DNA of 64,000 nucleotides from Yuukianura sp. NJ FZ-2021 (Eukaryota): NCBI GenBank assembly GCA_046563655.1, contig CM102283.1, positions 3,472,001 to 3,536,000 of the forward strand, read 5' to 3'. Shown piece by piece: positions 62,701 to 64,000 of this stretch (position 1 is its first letter; each line of letters starts with the position of its first letter). The notes under the pieces were generated by a model. It saw only the letters and a program-made list of their open reading frames with translations, ran no database searches and was not told where the DNA came from. The position numbers and the translations under genes were made by a program.

Positions 62701-64000
62701 AGCAACCATGAAATTGAGAATAATTGAATTTTTTGGGAATTTATCACAACCTTGATATTTTTCAAATTTTCCCACATTTTTGCGAGGTACAACTTTTCCC
62801 GGGCTTTTGCGAGGTTCAACTTTTCCCGGTTTTTTGAGAGTTTTGAACTTTTTTTCTATGATATTTTGTGCCTGGACGATTCACTCTCTTTTGATTTTTG
62901 TCATTTTTGCTCGTTGACTGCATCTGGTAGGTTACAGTCGATTTGAAAATCTTATTTTCTCCGATTCCAGAGAAGAATTTTTTGAAAAAGAGCGGAAGAG
63001 TTTCTAAAGGCGGGAAATTGAAACAAAATGTGCCAGAGAGATTGGAATCTTTCTCTTTTCAACTGGCAGAAAGAGAGGGACGGAAAGCGGGAAAGTGAAA
63101 ATTGAAAAAGAGGGGACTTTTTTTTCCAAAAATTTTTCAATAATAACTCAAGGGCACTTGGGACTTGGACACAAAAAGTACTTTGATCTCTGTGGCAGTT
63201 CTATTTTGAACTGAAAAAAACTGAAATTTGACGCTCTTTGGCTTTTGGAATGAAAATTGAAAATTTCGACCTTGAAAAAAGTCGGAGAAAAAGTATTTTC
63301 CCCTTTTCATTTTTATTTCAGCTTAGTAAAGAGAAGATGAGTGATCTTGATTTCAGAATTTTGAAAATTATGGTTTTGGAGAAAGTCAATTTTTTTGAAA
63401 AACTGAACTTTGAAAAATGTATAATGGGTTTGTTTCCAATTTTTTTTTCTGGTTTTTGTAACTTGTCAGAGTGACATGGAGGGGTGTTCTTGTCCAAAAT
63501 AAAAGTGTTCGGAGGGGAGAGAAAACCGGGAAAGTTGGGGGAATAGGGAAGAAAAGTTTTCAAAATCTTTTTTTCTTCGTTTTTCTTTCTAAAAATCGAT
63601 TCTCAATCTGACTTTTCGTTTGTCGTTGCATTTTCTTTTGTCGTGTTGCGTGTGACAAGAGTGGATCCATGTATTGAGGCTCTTACTTTCACTTTCTCTG
63701 CGTCCAAAGTGTCATTCCCTCTACACAGTATGTGTCCTTTGTTCAGGTTAAGGTTAGGCTGTTCTATGTTGGGTATGTAGCCGTATGTTCCCAATTTGGA
63801 ATCCTCTTTGCATACATTTCCAACTTGAATCTTATCTTTGAGCACACGAGTTCCAAATATTCGTATTCCGCGGGAGAATTTCCAAAAGTTGTGCCATTTC
63901 TATTCCTGGCTCAACCTGAGAAAATTGAAGATGGAAGGACAATTGTGGATCAGAAAAAGAGAGAGATTGTGATGGAATAAGCCCAAAGTACTCTCAATTC

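Noticed and set aside
63603-63980. Overlapping 80-82 aa ORFs at the window end
   Set aside because: No recognisable domain or consistent splice signals; the adjacent sequence is needed.

Overview
AT-rich eukaryotic (animal, probably arthropod; inferred) genomic DNA with short GT-AG introns, so most of the ORF track is exon fragments or noise. The first 12 kb is gene-dense: a 7-exon K+-dependent Na+/Ca2+ exchanger (SLC24/NCKX, +), a small coiled-coil gene (-), a CARD-prodomain caspase with a QCCRG active site (-) and an 11-exon CFAP58-like gene (-). At 15230-17345 (+) is an 8-exon gene missed by the ORF track. It encodes a 207-aa secreted protein of five tandem cysteine-rich modules (4-6-6-6-4 Cys, defensin/toxin/NCR-like spacing) and lies between two diverged ~600-bp direct repeats. 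A large Ser/Gly/Asn/His-rich coding exon (27622-28578) opens a very large intron. That region holds several MITEs and a ~14.9-kb homogeneous 176-bp satellite built from four 44-bp subunits, whose last unit is interrupted by an insertion with a 9-bp target duplication. An inverted, internally deleted copy of a CFAP58 exon sits in an intron of the neighbouring gene. All gene models were spliced and translated by hand; no database searches were run.
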